From positions 1-46,260 of the forward strand of contig JBJKQR010000031.1 in the NCBI GenBank assembly GCA_046735395.1: DNA of 46,260 bases. The letters are read 5' to 3'. The stretch comes from Fidelibacterota bacterium. GTDB lineage: Bacteria > Fidelibacterota > Fidelibacteria > Fidelibacterales > DSDE01. Made by a program: the position numbers and the translations under genes. The notes beneath the pieces are model-generated. The model saw only the letters and a program-made list of their open reading frames with translations, was not told the DNA's origin and did no database searches. This document shows, piece after piece, positions 18,280 to 27,083 of this stretch; position 1 is the first letter of the stretch, and each line of letters starts with the position of its first letter.

Positions 18280-19588
18280 GGTTCATCTCCTCCCTGGGTT
18301 CATCGAGGCAAATCAGGCCATGGTTCTTCTGCAGCCGGGACAGAACGCCCGGTTCACAGAGTATTTCGTAAATACTGTGTTCCTCATCGGATTCCCGGGA
18401 CAGGATGTCGGCCTGACTGTGAAGCAGAGCCGTCAGCTTTCCGTCTCCGTGCGGGACCTTTACCCGATGGCGCAGGCTGTTTTCATCCATTTTATTCCGA
18501 ATGGCGTCCAGCAGTTTGTCCGTACCGATGTGACGCAGCGCGGACAGCATGATCGCGTCCGGGTATTCCCGGCGGAGCAGCGCCGGATTCTGGCTGTCCG
18601 GATAGGAATCAATTTTATTGAACAGGGTAAGGGAGCGCTTGGCCGGAATCTGAAAATCGGTCAGCACCTCATCAATGGTCCGGATATGAGACCGAAAATT
18701 GCTGTCCGAGACGTCGATTACCTTCAGAAGCAGGTCTGCGCTTTCCACCTCCTTCAGCGTGCTTCGAAATGATGCAACCAGAGGATGGGGAAGTTTCTGG
18801 ATGAATCCGACCGTGTCGCTGAGATAGACGCTGTGGGACCGATCAATCTCGAGGAGCCGGACGGTGGTGTCCAGCGTCGCGAATAATTTGTCTTCCACGC
18901 CCACGCCCGCTTCCGTAAGCAGATTCATCAAGGTGGATTTTCCGGCGTTGGTATATCCGACAAGCGCCACGTTGAAATGGCGGCTTCGGAATTTGCGCTT
19001 GGTTTCCCGCTGCTGAGCAATATTTTTCAGCTCTTCCTTCAGCTGGGCAATTTTTTTCCGGATCATGCGTCGGTCCAGCTCAATCTGAGTCTCGCCCACA
19101 CCGCGCCGCGCGCCGCCCACACCGCCCATCTGCCGTTCCAGATGGGTCCATTGCCGGGTCAGGCGGGGCAGCATGTATTCCAGAAGCGCCAGCTCAACCT
19201 GAGTCTTTGCTTCCCGCGTACGTGCGTGCAGCTGGAAAATGTGAAGGATGAGTCCGCTCCGGTCCAGCAGGCGAACGGTGGGCAGCAGCTTCTGAATGTT
19301 CTTCTGCTGAGCTGCGGTCAGCTCATCATCGAAGATCAGGACATCGGCCTCGTGTTCTTCACAGAGGGTTTTTAAAAATTCAAGCTTTCCCTTGCCGATA
19401 TAATATTTAGAATCCACCCCAGACCGCATCTGCAGGAGTGTGTCCACTACGTCTCCTTCTGCCGTTTCGGTGAGGCTGGCCAGTTCTTTCAGGGATTCTT
19501 CCGCATCTTCCCGGCGGATATCCGCGGCGGCAGAGACCAATATGACGCGGTCTTTTTCTCTGCGGGTTTCAATGGTTGCTGTACTCAG
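18230..19588 (-). CDS. hflX: GTPase HflX (start probably CTG at 19588; first canonical start is TTG at 19540)
   Basis: GKGKL, FDDELT, DRSGLILHIF, EAKTQVELA, GETQIELDRR, GYTNAGKST, LFATLDTT, DTVGFI and NKID motifs. Confidence 0.93.
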   Translation of the reverse strand: MSTATIETRREKDRVILVSAAADIRREDAEESLKELASLTETAEGDVVDTLLQMRSGVDSKYYIGKGKLEFLKTLCEEHEADVLIFDDELTAAQQKNIQKLLPTVRLLDRSGLILHIFQLHARTREAKTQVELALLEYMLPRLTRQWTHLERQMGGVGGARRGVGETQIELDRRMIRKKIAQLKEELKNIAQQRETKRKFRSRHFNVALVGYTNAGKSTLMNLLTEAGVGVEDKLFATLDTTVRLLEIDRSHSVYLSDTVGFIQKLPHPLVASFRSTLKEVESADLLLKVIDVSDSNFRSHIRTIDEVLTDFQIPAKRSLTLFNKIDSYPDSQNPALLRREYPDAIMLSALRHIGTDKLLDAIRNKMDENSLRHRVKVPHGDGKLTALLHSQADILSRESDEEHSIYEILCEPGVLSRLQKNHGLICLDEPREEMNHEESENREPGTGSDQG

Positions 19589-21402
19589 ATCAGTCCTCTT
19601 TTGTTTAGAATCAATAGTAATAGTTCCGCCAGGAAAAACAGGGCAGCCAGCAGGATAAAAAGGCCTGCAGCGTCCCGTCCCTTCAATATATCTGTAATGC
19701 GGCTGATGCTTTCGCTGTTCCAGGGAATGCTACTCTGTGAACTGTCCGAGAGTGCCAGCCCGGTCATGACGCATTCCCGCTCGGGCAGATTGACGGCGAT
19801 CATCTGCTCCTGCCCGCCTTCTTCAATCCGGTAAATTCCGGGGAGCGAGGTTCCGCTGTAGATTCCGTCCGCCTTTTCCCTGATTCCGTCCGGGCGGGTA
19901 ACGCTGAAAAGGCCCCCGTTCCGGGCATAGATGGGCATGCCGGTTTCCATTTTTTCCGTCCAGTCTCCGCGCATTCCGAGAAACAGCGCCTTCATCGACG
20001 GAAGAAACCGGGGGTTCAGGCCCAGACGGTTATGATCAAAATCAAAGGGAGACAGGAGAAAATAGATTTTTGTCCCGCTTCTCCGATATAAGAGCGGATC
20101 ACCGTTTGAGAGGATCCAGACGGGATGAATCCCGGTCTCCGTGCTCCGGAAATAGGAATTTATTCGAAATGATCCGGCGTGGAATTGAGGGCTGCGAAAC
20201 GATACGTCGACCGAGTCAAGCGTGACAAAACCTTCATGCCCCGCATCAGCCGCCTGCTGCAGAATCTGGCCGGACGGATTGAATGAGGCGGACAGTTGAG
20301 TCGACAGGGGGATGCAGAGCAGGGGCGCATTCCGGGCAAAATCGAGGAGTCGCCGGCCCTGCGAGGGATTGATGTTTCCGCTGTCTTCAACAATAATCAG
20401 ATCATAGGGAGAGAGAGAAAGGGAGGCCAGTTCCGAGATATACCGGATGGAGACCGAAAAACCGGACATGGATTTCAGAGCCGCCGGCAGGTAGCTTTTC
20501 CGCCCTTCTTCCCGGAGAAGCAGAATCTGATAAGGCCGATCGGCCGGAATGATAAAATACCGCGTATTGTCCACATTGAAATCATCGCCGTCGAGGGAGA
20601 CGGATGCCTTCAGGTCCTGCTTATTGCCCAGCGGTGCAAAGCGGTACTCACCGACGCCGTTTTCCCCTATAAGAATCCGTGTTTCGGACTGCCCGTCCAG
20701 GGTGGCATAGACCGAGTAGTAGGACATGGCGCTCGTATTGGAGGAGATCTGTACAGACAGGGTGAGCAGATTTCCGTCATTCCGGACGTCTCGGGACAGA
20801 TGAAGGGACCGGATTGCTGCATTATCGCCGTTTCGGCCGGCCTTGAGCCGGATACGGGGCGACAGCGCGGCCTGCTTAGACAGAAAGCCGGCCAGAGAGC
20901 GATTTACATCATTACCCTGAAAATCGCTGAAGAAGATAAGGGGAATGTGAGTGGATCGCTTTTCCCTTATATAGGCCAGAATGGACGCTTCCATCGCAGC
21001 GACAGAGTCCGGCCTTCCATCGAAATAAAGCGTCTTATACCGGGGAAAGGCCGTTTTCAGAATCGCGGCTGCAGCATCACCATCGATCCCGATTTGCATG
21101 CTTTCTGACCGGTCACATAAAATAATTCCCGCGTCCTCCATGCCGACTCCCGGCCGGAAGTGCCCGCTGAAAAAAGGCCGGGCGAGGGCCAGGATGAGAC
21201 AGAGCATCCAGAGCATGCGCAGAAGGAGTACAAACCACTGGCGCAATCTGATCTTCTGCAGGGAGTCACCTTTCAGTTCCCGCAGAAAGCGCAGGTCCGG
21301 AAACGGCTGTTTCAGATAATTCCGTTCCCCGGTCAGGTGAATGATCAGCGGGATAAGAACGGAAAAAAGCAGAAACAGGAGGGCGGGCTGCAGAAAGGTC
21401 AT
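19585..21402 (-). CDS. BatA (aerotolerance N-terminal) domain membrane protein with a degenerate vWA-like region
   Basis: MTFLQP...PLIIHL...F..LRFL...LLLRML...LALARP; DRSESM, FSDFQ, DDFNVDNTRYF and PGIY...AVN motifs; C-terminal TM. Confidence 0.82.
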   Translation of the reverse strand: MTFLQPALLFLLFSVLIPLIIHLTGERNYLKQPFPDLRFLRELKGDSLQKIRLRQWFVLLLRMLWMLCLILALARPFFSGHFRPGVGMEDAGIILCDRSESMQIGIDGDAAAAILKTAFPRYKTLYFDGRPDSVAAMEASILAYIREKRSTHIPLIFFSDFQGNDVNRSLAGFLSKQAALSPRIRLKAGRNGDNAAIRSLHLSRDVRNDGNLLTLSVQISSNTSAMSYYSVYATLDGQSETRILIGENGVGEYRFAPLGNKQDLKASVSLDGDDFNVDNTRYFIIPADRPYQILLLREEGRKSYLPAALKSMSGFSVSIRYISELASLSLSPYDLIIVEDSGNINPSQGRRLLDFARNAPLLCIPLSTQLSASFNPSGQILQQAADAGHEGFVTLDSVDVSFRSPQFHAGSFRINSYFRSTETGIHPVWILSNGDPLLYRRSGTKIYFLLSPFDFDHNRLGLNPRFLPSMKALFLGMRGDWTEKMETGMPIYARNGGLFSVTRPDGIREKADGIYSGTSLPGIYRIEEGGQEQMIAVNLPERECVMTGLALSDSSQSSIPWNSESISRITDILKGRDAAGLFILLAALFFLAELLLLILNKRGLI

Positions 21403-21527
21403 ACAGGCCCGGATGTGATACTGGCAGAATCCATAGGATTTAATTTACTGCTTATTCGTATAAAGATAAATGGTATAATCCCGGCGCCCTTCCTAAATTC
21501 TTTCTGAAAACGGAGTAATCAGATGTC

Positions 21528-21550
21528 AACTTTTTACCTTTTAGTCCGTC
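21528..21550 (+). promoter_or_regulatory. ECF-type promoter, probably autoregulatory
   Basis: AAC-16 bp-CGTC upstream of the ECF sigma gene, matching the general ECF -35/-10 pattern. It implies a start at ATG 21577 rather than 21523. Confidence 0.55.
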
Positions 21551-21576
21551 TTAGGGAAAAAAGGGGCAATGGGCTT

Positions 21577-22164
21577 ATGACGGACGCCATACTGATTGAT
21601 ATGTTTTTAGACGGGGACAGCGCGGCTTTCAATCACCTCGTCAGAAAATGGCAGACACCGCTCTACAATTTCATCTGCCGGTTTGTGGGGGATGAGAGTG
21701 ATTCGGCGGATATCTCCCAGTCTGTATTTCTCAAGGCATACCGGAATCTGCATCGTCTGCAGAACCGGGAGCGATTCAAATCCTGGCTCTTTCAGATTGC
21801 GGCCAACCACTGCAGGGATCATCTGCGAAGCCGGCGCTTTCAGGCGGGAATCGGCGACAGTGATGATTCGAATCCGGATGAATATGTCGTCATTCCGGTG
21901 GATTCCGGCATGGGGCCGGGAGACAGCGTGTTCAGTGAGGATGCGTCACATCTGCTCAACCGCGCCCTTCAGTCCCTGCCGGAAGAGCAGCGGCTGATTA
22001 TCGTGCTCAAGGAATATCATGGCCTCCGCTTCCGGGAAATCGCCGCGATTCTGCAGGAATCGGAAAATACCATCAAATCCCGGATGTATCATGGCCTGAA
22101 AAATGTAAAATCCATTCTCCAGAAATGGGGTGTCAATAAGGAGGATTTGATCTATGAAATGTAA
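21577..22164 (+). CDS. ECF RNA polymerase sigma factor
   Basis: GDSAAFNHLV, DISQSVFLKAY, FKSWLFQIAANHCRD and LPEEQR...GLRFREIAAIL...TIKSR motifs. Confidence 0.93.
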   Translation: MTDAILIDMFLDGDSAAFNHLVRKWQTPLYNFICRFVGDESDSADISQSVFLKAYRNLHRLQNRERFKSWLFQIAANHCRDHLRSRRFQAGIGDSDDSNPDEYVVIPVDSGMGPGDSVFSEDASHLLNRALQSLPEEQRLIIVLKEYHGLRFREIAAILQESENTIKSRMYHGLKNVKSILQKWGVNKEDLIYEM

Positions 22165-22807
22165 AGATGCCCGGAATTCCATGATGGATCTGCTCTATGA
22201 TGAAATCAGTGACAGCGATGCCATGGCGCTGAAGGAACATCTCAGCGTCTGCACGGACTGCCGAAATAATTATGATGATGTCCGCGACGGATCGGATATG
22301 CTGAAGGCCTGGCCGGATCGTTTCCCGAAAGTGAAGATGCTTTTCAGTGAGGACCGGAAGCCGTTTTCCTTCAGGAAATATTTGAAAGTTCCCGCCATTG
22401 CGGCGGCGGCTGTGCTGGTTCTGCTCAGCCTGGCCAATCTTCGCATCAGCAGCAGTAACGGTGAAATCCGTTTCAGCATGAGCCTCCTTCCCCAATCGTC
22501 TGCGCGGGACGGGAATTATGTCACCTACGATGATCTGAAGAAGATTCAGGATGAAAACATGTTTCTGACGAATCAGATTATCAATGAAAAATACAAGGAA
22601 CAGGGTGCGGACAATTATCGCGTTATGAATCAGCTGGCCCGTGGCCTGGAACAGCAGCGACAGGAGGATATGGAAACGATCATGACGTCCTTTGTCCGCT
22701 ATCAGCAGACTAATAATGACCGCCTGGAAAAAACCAACCAGAACTTTCTCGACCTGCTCCATTATACGGATATCAAACTGAAACGGGACAACGGCGAGGA
22801 AAAATAA
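22154..22807 (+). CDS. Zinc-finger (zf-HC2) anti-sigma factor with one TM segment
   Basis: MKC...LYDE...EHLSVCTDC (HxxxCxxC); TM segment IAAAAVLVLLSL; overlaps the sigma gene stop. Confidence 0.85.
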   Translation: MKCKDARNSMMDLLYDEISDSDAMALKEHLSVCTDCRNNYDDVRDGSDMLKAWPDRFPKVKMLFSEDRKPFSFRKYLKVPAIAAAAVLVLLSLANLRISSSNGEIRFSMSLLPQSSARDGNYVTYDDLKKIQDENMFLTNQIINEKYKEQGADNYRVMNQLARGLEQQRQEDMETIMTSFVRYQQTNNDRLEKTNQNFLDLLHYTDIKLKRDNGEEK

Positions 22808-22812
22808 GGAGA

Positions 22813-24081
22813 ATGACCATGAAAAAGATAATAATGTTAATGACAGCGGTTTTGCTCGCGGCATCGGCCTCCCTTTTCCCGGCCCAGATCGCCGGAGATG
22901 TGCCGCCGGAACAGGCAAAGAAAATTCTTCGTGACCTCAATATCATGGAAGGGATTCTCGAAGATCAGCTCCGGGATGCGAAGTCCGGTGAGATCTCCTA
23001 CAAATTTTCCGTGGACGCGCTGTATTACAAGGGCATCGGTGTCATTTTCACAGTCAATAACAATATGCTCGGGCTTCCCTTCGATGTGGAAAAAATAATC
23101 GAGAGTATTCCTCCCATTCCCGCCATCCCGGCCCTCCCCGATATAAATATCAGTTTTCATGATGATAAGGAGGATAATGGGAAAAGCATCCGGGTCGAGA
23201 ATGAACGGATGCGTCAAGAAATGGACATGCAGCGCGCGAAATATGATTCGTTAAAGAAGGCCTTTGAAAAGGAAAAGCAGGTCATCCGGATGAAACAGCA
23301 GGCGCGGACCGAGGATATTCAGAAGGCGGTCGATTCCTGGAAGAAAACCGTGGAGGATTTCTTTGTCCGCTATCTGGCCGGAATCCGGAATATTGATCAA
23401 AAGGATAAAATCATGATTGACCTGAATCTGCCGAAATTTTCCGGGGATGAGAACAGCCGGCCCGCAGAATCCATCACCTTCAGCTGCAGTTATGATGATA
23501 TCCGGGATTTTCGCCGTGAAAAGATGTCTGAAAAAGACTTTCGCAAAACCATCACCTCGCACATGAGCAGGAAGAATGCGGCGCTGGACGGGGACATTGC
23601 CCGGTTCCGTGAAATCCTCTGGCAGCTGGCCGTGGATGATCCCTTCTGGATGTTCACCAGCCGGGTGGGCGATGTCTATGTGGACGATGTGGGGGTGATA
23701 TATACCTTTTCGACCTACATGGTGGGGAAGAGCCTTCAGGAATTCAAGGCGCTGGCGAAGGACATCTGGTTTGACGGTGACGAGAACGAATATAAAAAAT
23801 CGATGGACGAGCTGTCAAAAGAGGAACAGAAGCGACGGACAAACCTGACGCGCACCCTTCTCGAAACCTCCGGATCCTACATCCATATGCTGCAGAATCT
23901 GCCGGATAACCAGTCGCTCATCTGCCTTTTCGACATGTCGGACAGCCGCTACGGACTGGAAGACGGATCCCTGATGATCAAGGTGAAAAAATCTGACCTT
24001 GAGGATTTTTACAGGGAAAAGATTGATCTGGATGCTCTTGTGAAGAAGTCGGATGTGAATTTCAGCATACGACAGAAATAA
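22813..24081 (+). CDS. Exported hypothetical protein with an internal duplication
   Basis: SD AAGGAG, signal peptide MKKIIMLMTAVLLAASA, two similar halves; in an operon with the ECF/anti-sigma pair. Confidence 0.8.
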   Translation: MTMKKIIMLMTAVLLAASASLFPAQIAGDVPPEQAKKILRDLNIMEGILEDQLRDAKSGEISYKFSVDALYYKGIGVIFTVNNNMLGLPFDVEKIIESIPPIPAIPALPDINISFHDDKEDNGKSIRVENERMRQEMDMQRAKYDSLKKAFEKEKQVIRMKQQARTEDIQKAVDSWKKTVEDFFVRYLAGIRNIDQKDKIMIDLNLPKFSGDENSRPAESITFSCSYDDIRDFRREKMSEKDFRKTITSHMSRKNAALDGDIARFREILWQLAVDDPFWMFTSRVGDVYVDDVGVIYTFSTYMVGKSLQEFKALAKDIWFDGDENEYKKSMDELSKEEQKRRTNLTRTLLETSGSYIHMLQNLPDNQSLICLFDMSDSRYGLEDGSLMIKVKKSDLEDFYREKIDLDALVKKSDVNFSIRQK

Positions 24082-24088
24082 GGTGTGT

Positions 24089-24155
24089 AAAAAAATCCCG
24101 CCGAAGGAGGCGGGATGAATGAATTATAAAGCCGTCTGTTTTGACGGCTTTTTTT
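24089..24155. terminator. Back-to-back terminators for convergent genes
   Basis: ATCCCGCC-GAAGGA-GGCGGGAT preceded by an A-run (minus-strand terminator), then AAAGCCGTC-TGTTTT-GACGGCTTT plus a T-run (plus-strand terminator). Confidence 0.8.
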
Positions 24156-24171
24156 ATGCCCTGAAATCAGG

Positions 24172-25839
24172 TCAGGATTTGTAGGCCTGCTGGTGAATGG
24201 AGCGGACGGCCCGACCGGAAGGATCGGGATTCTTTGCAAATTCTTCGTCCCAGAGCACCGCTTCGGGGGTGCTGCAGGCAACGGATTTGCCTCCGGGAAC
24301 TGTCCTGACGGCCGAATCAGACGGGAAGAATTCCTCGAAAATCTGCCGGAAATAGTAGGCTTCCTTTGTATCCGGCGTATTAATGGGAAACCGAAAATGG
24401 GCCGAGTTCATCTGGGCATCGCTGATCTGTTCAGCGGCATAGGCTTTGATGGAATCGATCCAGCTGTAGCCCACACCGTCGGAAAACTGTTCCTTCTGCC
24501 GCCACAGTACGGATTCGGGAAGATATTCCGAAAAGGCTTCCCGGAGAATATTCTTTTCGATGCGGCCGGCTGTGATCATTTTATGTTCGGCATTCAGGGT
24601 CATAGCCGTATCGAGAAATCTGAGATCGAGAAAAGGGACGCGGCATTCCACACCCCAGGCGGCCATGCTCTTGTTGGCGCGCAGGCAGTCATACATGTGG
24701 AGCTTCTGAATTTTCCGTACGGTTTCGGCATGAAATTCACGGGCATTGGGCGCTTTGTGAAAATAGAGATAGCCTCCGAAAACTTCATCCGCACCCTCGC
24801 CGGACAGGACCATCTTCACACCGGTGGATTTGATTTTCCGGGCCAGCAGATACATGGGGGTTGACGCGCGGATGGTGGTCACATCGTAGGTTTCGATATG
24901 ATAAATGACATCGCGGATGGCATCAAGTCCTTCCTGTACCGTGAAATGCATTTCGTGATGCACCGATCCGATGGCTTTTGCCACGTCCCGGGCAGCCTTC
25001 AGGTCCGGGCTGCCTTCCAGACCGATGCTGAAACTGTGGAGCCGGGGCCACCACGCTTCTCCCGCGTCGTTTTCCTCGATGCGCTTCTCGGCATATTTAC
25101 GGGCGACGGCAGAGATAATGGAACTGTCCAGCCCGCCGGATAACAGCACGCCATAGGGAACATCCGACATAAGCTGACGGTGTACCGCCGCTTCCAGTTC
25201 AGATTTCAAATGAACCGTATCTGCCTTTCCTGTGGTCTGCTCGAAATTCTCCCAGGCCGGCTGATAATATTTGACGAATTTTCCGTCCTTACCCCGGTAA
25301 TAATGTCCGGGAGGAAAGACTTCGATATTCCGGCAGACGCCGATGAGGGCTTTCATCTCGCTGGCAACGAACAGCTGCCCGTGCTCATCATAGCCCATAT
25401 AGAGAGGAATGATGCCGATGGGATCGCGGGCGATGAGAAAATCACCACTCTTTTTGTCGTACAGCGTGAAGGCGAAAATTCCGTTCAGATCGTTGAGAAA
25501 ATCGACGCCCTTTTCCCGATACAGGGCATTGATGATTTCGCAGTCCGACTGGGTCAGAAAATGGTAGGGCCTGGCCAGATTGGCTTCCAGATCCTTATGA
25601 TTATAAATCTCACCATTGACGGCCAGAATCAGATTCCCGTCGTCGCTGAGAATGGGCTGGGCCCCGCTCTCTACGCCGACAATACTCAGCCGTTCATGGA
25701 CAAGAATTGCCTTCTCATCCGCGTAAATACCGGACCAGTCCGGGCCGCGGTGACGCATTCTTCCGGACATGATCAGGGCCGTATCGCGCAGCGCCTTCTC
25801 ATCCGTTTTAATATCAAAAATCCCCAATATCGAACACAT
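24172..25839 (-). CDS. asnB: Asparagine synthase B (glutamine-hydrolysing)
   Basis: N-terminal MC, RHRGPDWSG, HERLSIV, NGEIYNH, LLSGGLDSS, SGEGADE and WRQKEQFSDGVG motifs. Confidence 0.96.
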   Translation of the reverse strand: MCSILGIFDIKTDEKALRDTALIMSGRMRHRGPDWSGIYADEKAILVHERLSIVGVESGAQPILSDDGNLILAVNGEIYNHKDLEANLARPYHFLTQSDCEIINALYREKGVDFLNDLNGIFAFTLYDKKSGDFLIARDPIGIIPLYMGYDEHGQLFVASEMKALIGVCRNIEVFPPGHYYRGKDGKFVKYYQPAWENFEQTTGKADTVHLKSELEAAVHRQLMSDVPYGVLLSGGLDSSIISAVARKYAEKRIEENDAGEAWWPRLHSFSIGLEGSPDLKAARDVAKAIGSVHHEMHFTVQEGLDAIRDVIYHIETYDVTTIRASTPMYLLARKIKSTGVKMVLSGEGADEVFGGYLYFHKAPNAREFHAETVRKIQKLHMYDCLRANKSMAAWGVECRVPFLDLRFLDTAMTLNAEHKMITAGRIEKNILREAFSEYLPESVLWRQKEQFSDGVGYSWIDSIKAYAAEQISDAQMNSAHFRFPINTPDTKEAYYFRQIFEEFFPSDSAVRTVPGGKSVACSTPEAVLWDEEFAKNPDPSGRAVRSIHQQAYKS

Positions 25840-25990
25840 GTTTTACTCCTCTTTCCCGTATCCTGTTCGGCGGGTTCGCTTCTGGTTCAGGCGGAATATA
25901 TAAAAAAATCAGAATCCGGCATAGAGCTGTTTTTGTAAAGAGAAACAAAGCCTTTTGTGTACGTCCTTGCCCCCGGTTTATCAGGCATTT

Positions 25991-26013
25991 ATCCGCCAGC
26001 AGGCGGACAGGCG
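25991..26013 (+). repeat. REP-like palindrome, copy B1
   Basis: ATCCGCCAGCAGGCGGACAGGCG; 21 of 23 bases identical to 28967-28989. Confidence 0.75.
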
Positions 26014-26104
26014 GCAAAATACACCTAAATATTGTAAAACTTTTCTGAGGGTCGTTTCAGCAGGTTTTATGCGGGTTTGGAGAGATTTGAGGTGGGTTGT
26101 GTGG

Positions 26105-26150
26105 GGGTTGGATATGTTACCTAAAGCCTTCGGGATAGTACAGCCAAAAG
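26105..26150 (+). repeat. Imperfect hairpin repeat, copy A1
   Basis: GGGTTGGATATGTTACCTAAAGCCTTCGGGATAGTACAGCCAAAAG; shares the core AAAGCCTTCGGGATA with 29139-29185. Confidence 0.7.
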
Positions 26151-26384
26151 TGGTTAAAAAGCGGGCAATGGATTACAAATTCTCTGTTTTTTCACATGGT
26201 TTCATTTTTTATTGTGCCCTGCGTTTTTTTTTTTTTACATTCAGGTTGGTATTAAGTTATAGAGAAGTTTTTTGGGTGCATCAAAGGAAAGAGCTGAACG
26301 TTTAATTAAATTGGGAACTTGACTCGATGGAAAATTCCTCAGAAACAATGACAAAACTGATTTGAATTTTAAGGAGATCAAAAA

Positions 26385-27077
26385 ATGAAAAAAATATTTG
26401 CGATTTGCATAATTGGGTTATTCAATCAATTGTTCGGTGGAGATGCATCAAATTTACATCTTACTTCATTTCTAAAAAATTGGGAGGTATCTGCCGGAAG
26501 TAATTATTCTCAATTTATTTCAACCCCAGACCCCGGTCATTTTGGCCTGAATCTCGGTGTTTATTATAATTCAAAAATTTATAATAAACTAAATATGAAA
26601 ATCGGTTTTACTCATAGTACGGTAAATCTACAAGCAAGAGATAAAATAATTCTTGATAATGGATGGTCTAACTGGAAACTCGAATATATCAACAAAATCG
26701 ATTTTACTTATAAAATTATCATATTTGATATATTTTTAGACTATTCGTTGATTCATTTTGGAAGTTTATCTTTTCATCCTTTGCTAGGATTTGGCTATGC
26801 AACATACAACTGTGATGGTAATGTAAAGGATATTCAATCAATTGAGGAATATGATGACAGAACATTCCCAGAAGCAGATTATAATCAATATTTTGACGTG
26901 GTGAACATTGCTGATATGGGGGGAGTAATCCATTATGGAGTATTATGCAAGTATAAAAATCTTTTTATTATATTTAATTATTCCAATCATAACAACACAA
27001 TAAATGAGGGAGGCGCCTATTTAAAAATTAATGAAAAAATGCACAATTTCAACACTTCTGTGGGTTTTGTTTTTTGA
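26385..27077 (+). CDS. Putative outer-membrane beta-barrel protein
   Basis: SD AAGGAG, MKK signal peptide, alternating aromatic/Gly beta-strands and a C-terminal ...SVGFVF. Confidence 0.7.
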   Translation: MKKIFAICIIGLFNQLFGGDASNLHLTSFLKNWEVSAGSNYSQFISTPDPGHFGLNLGVYYNSKIYNKLNMKIGFTHSTVNLQARDKIILDNGWSNWKLEYINKIDFTYKIIIFDIFLDYSLIHFGSLSFHPLLGFGYATYNCDGNVKDIQSIEEYDDRTFPEADYNQYFDVVNIADMGGVIHYGVLCKYKNLFIIFNYSNHNNTINEGGAYLKINEKMHNFNTSVGFVF

Positions 27078-27083
27078 CATACT

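Noticed and set aside
25955..26305. 116-aa ORF, and similarly 28745-29050, 28837-29088, 29849-30043 and 30238-30420
   Set aside because: They run through repeat or promoter DNA, lack SDs or motifs, and are probably spurious.
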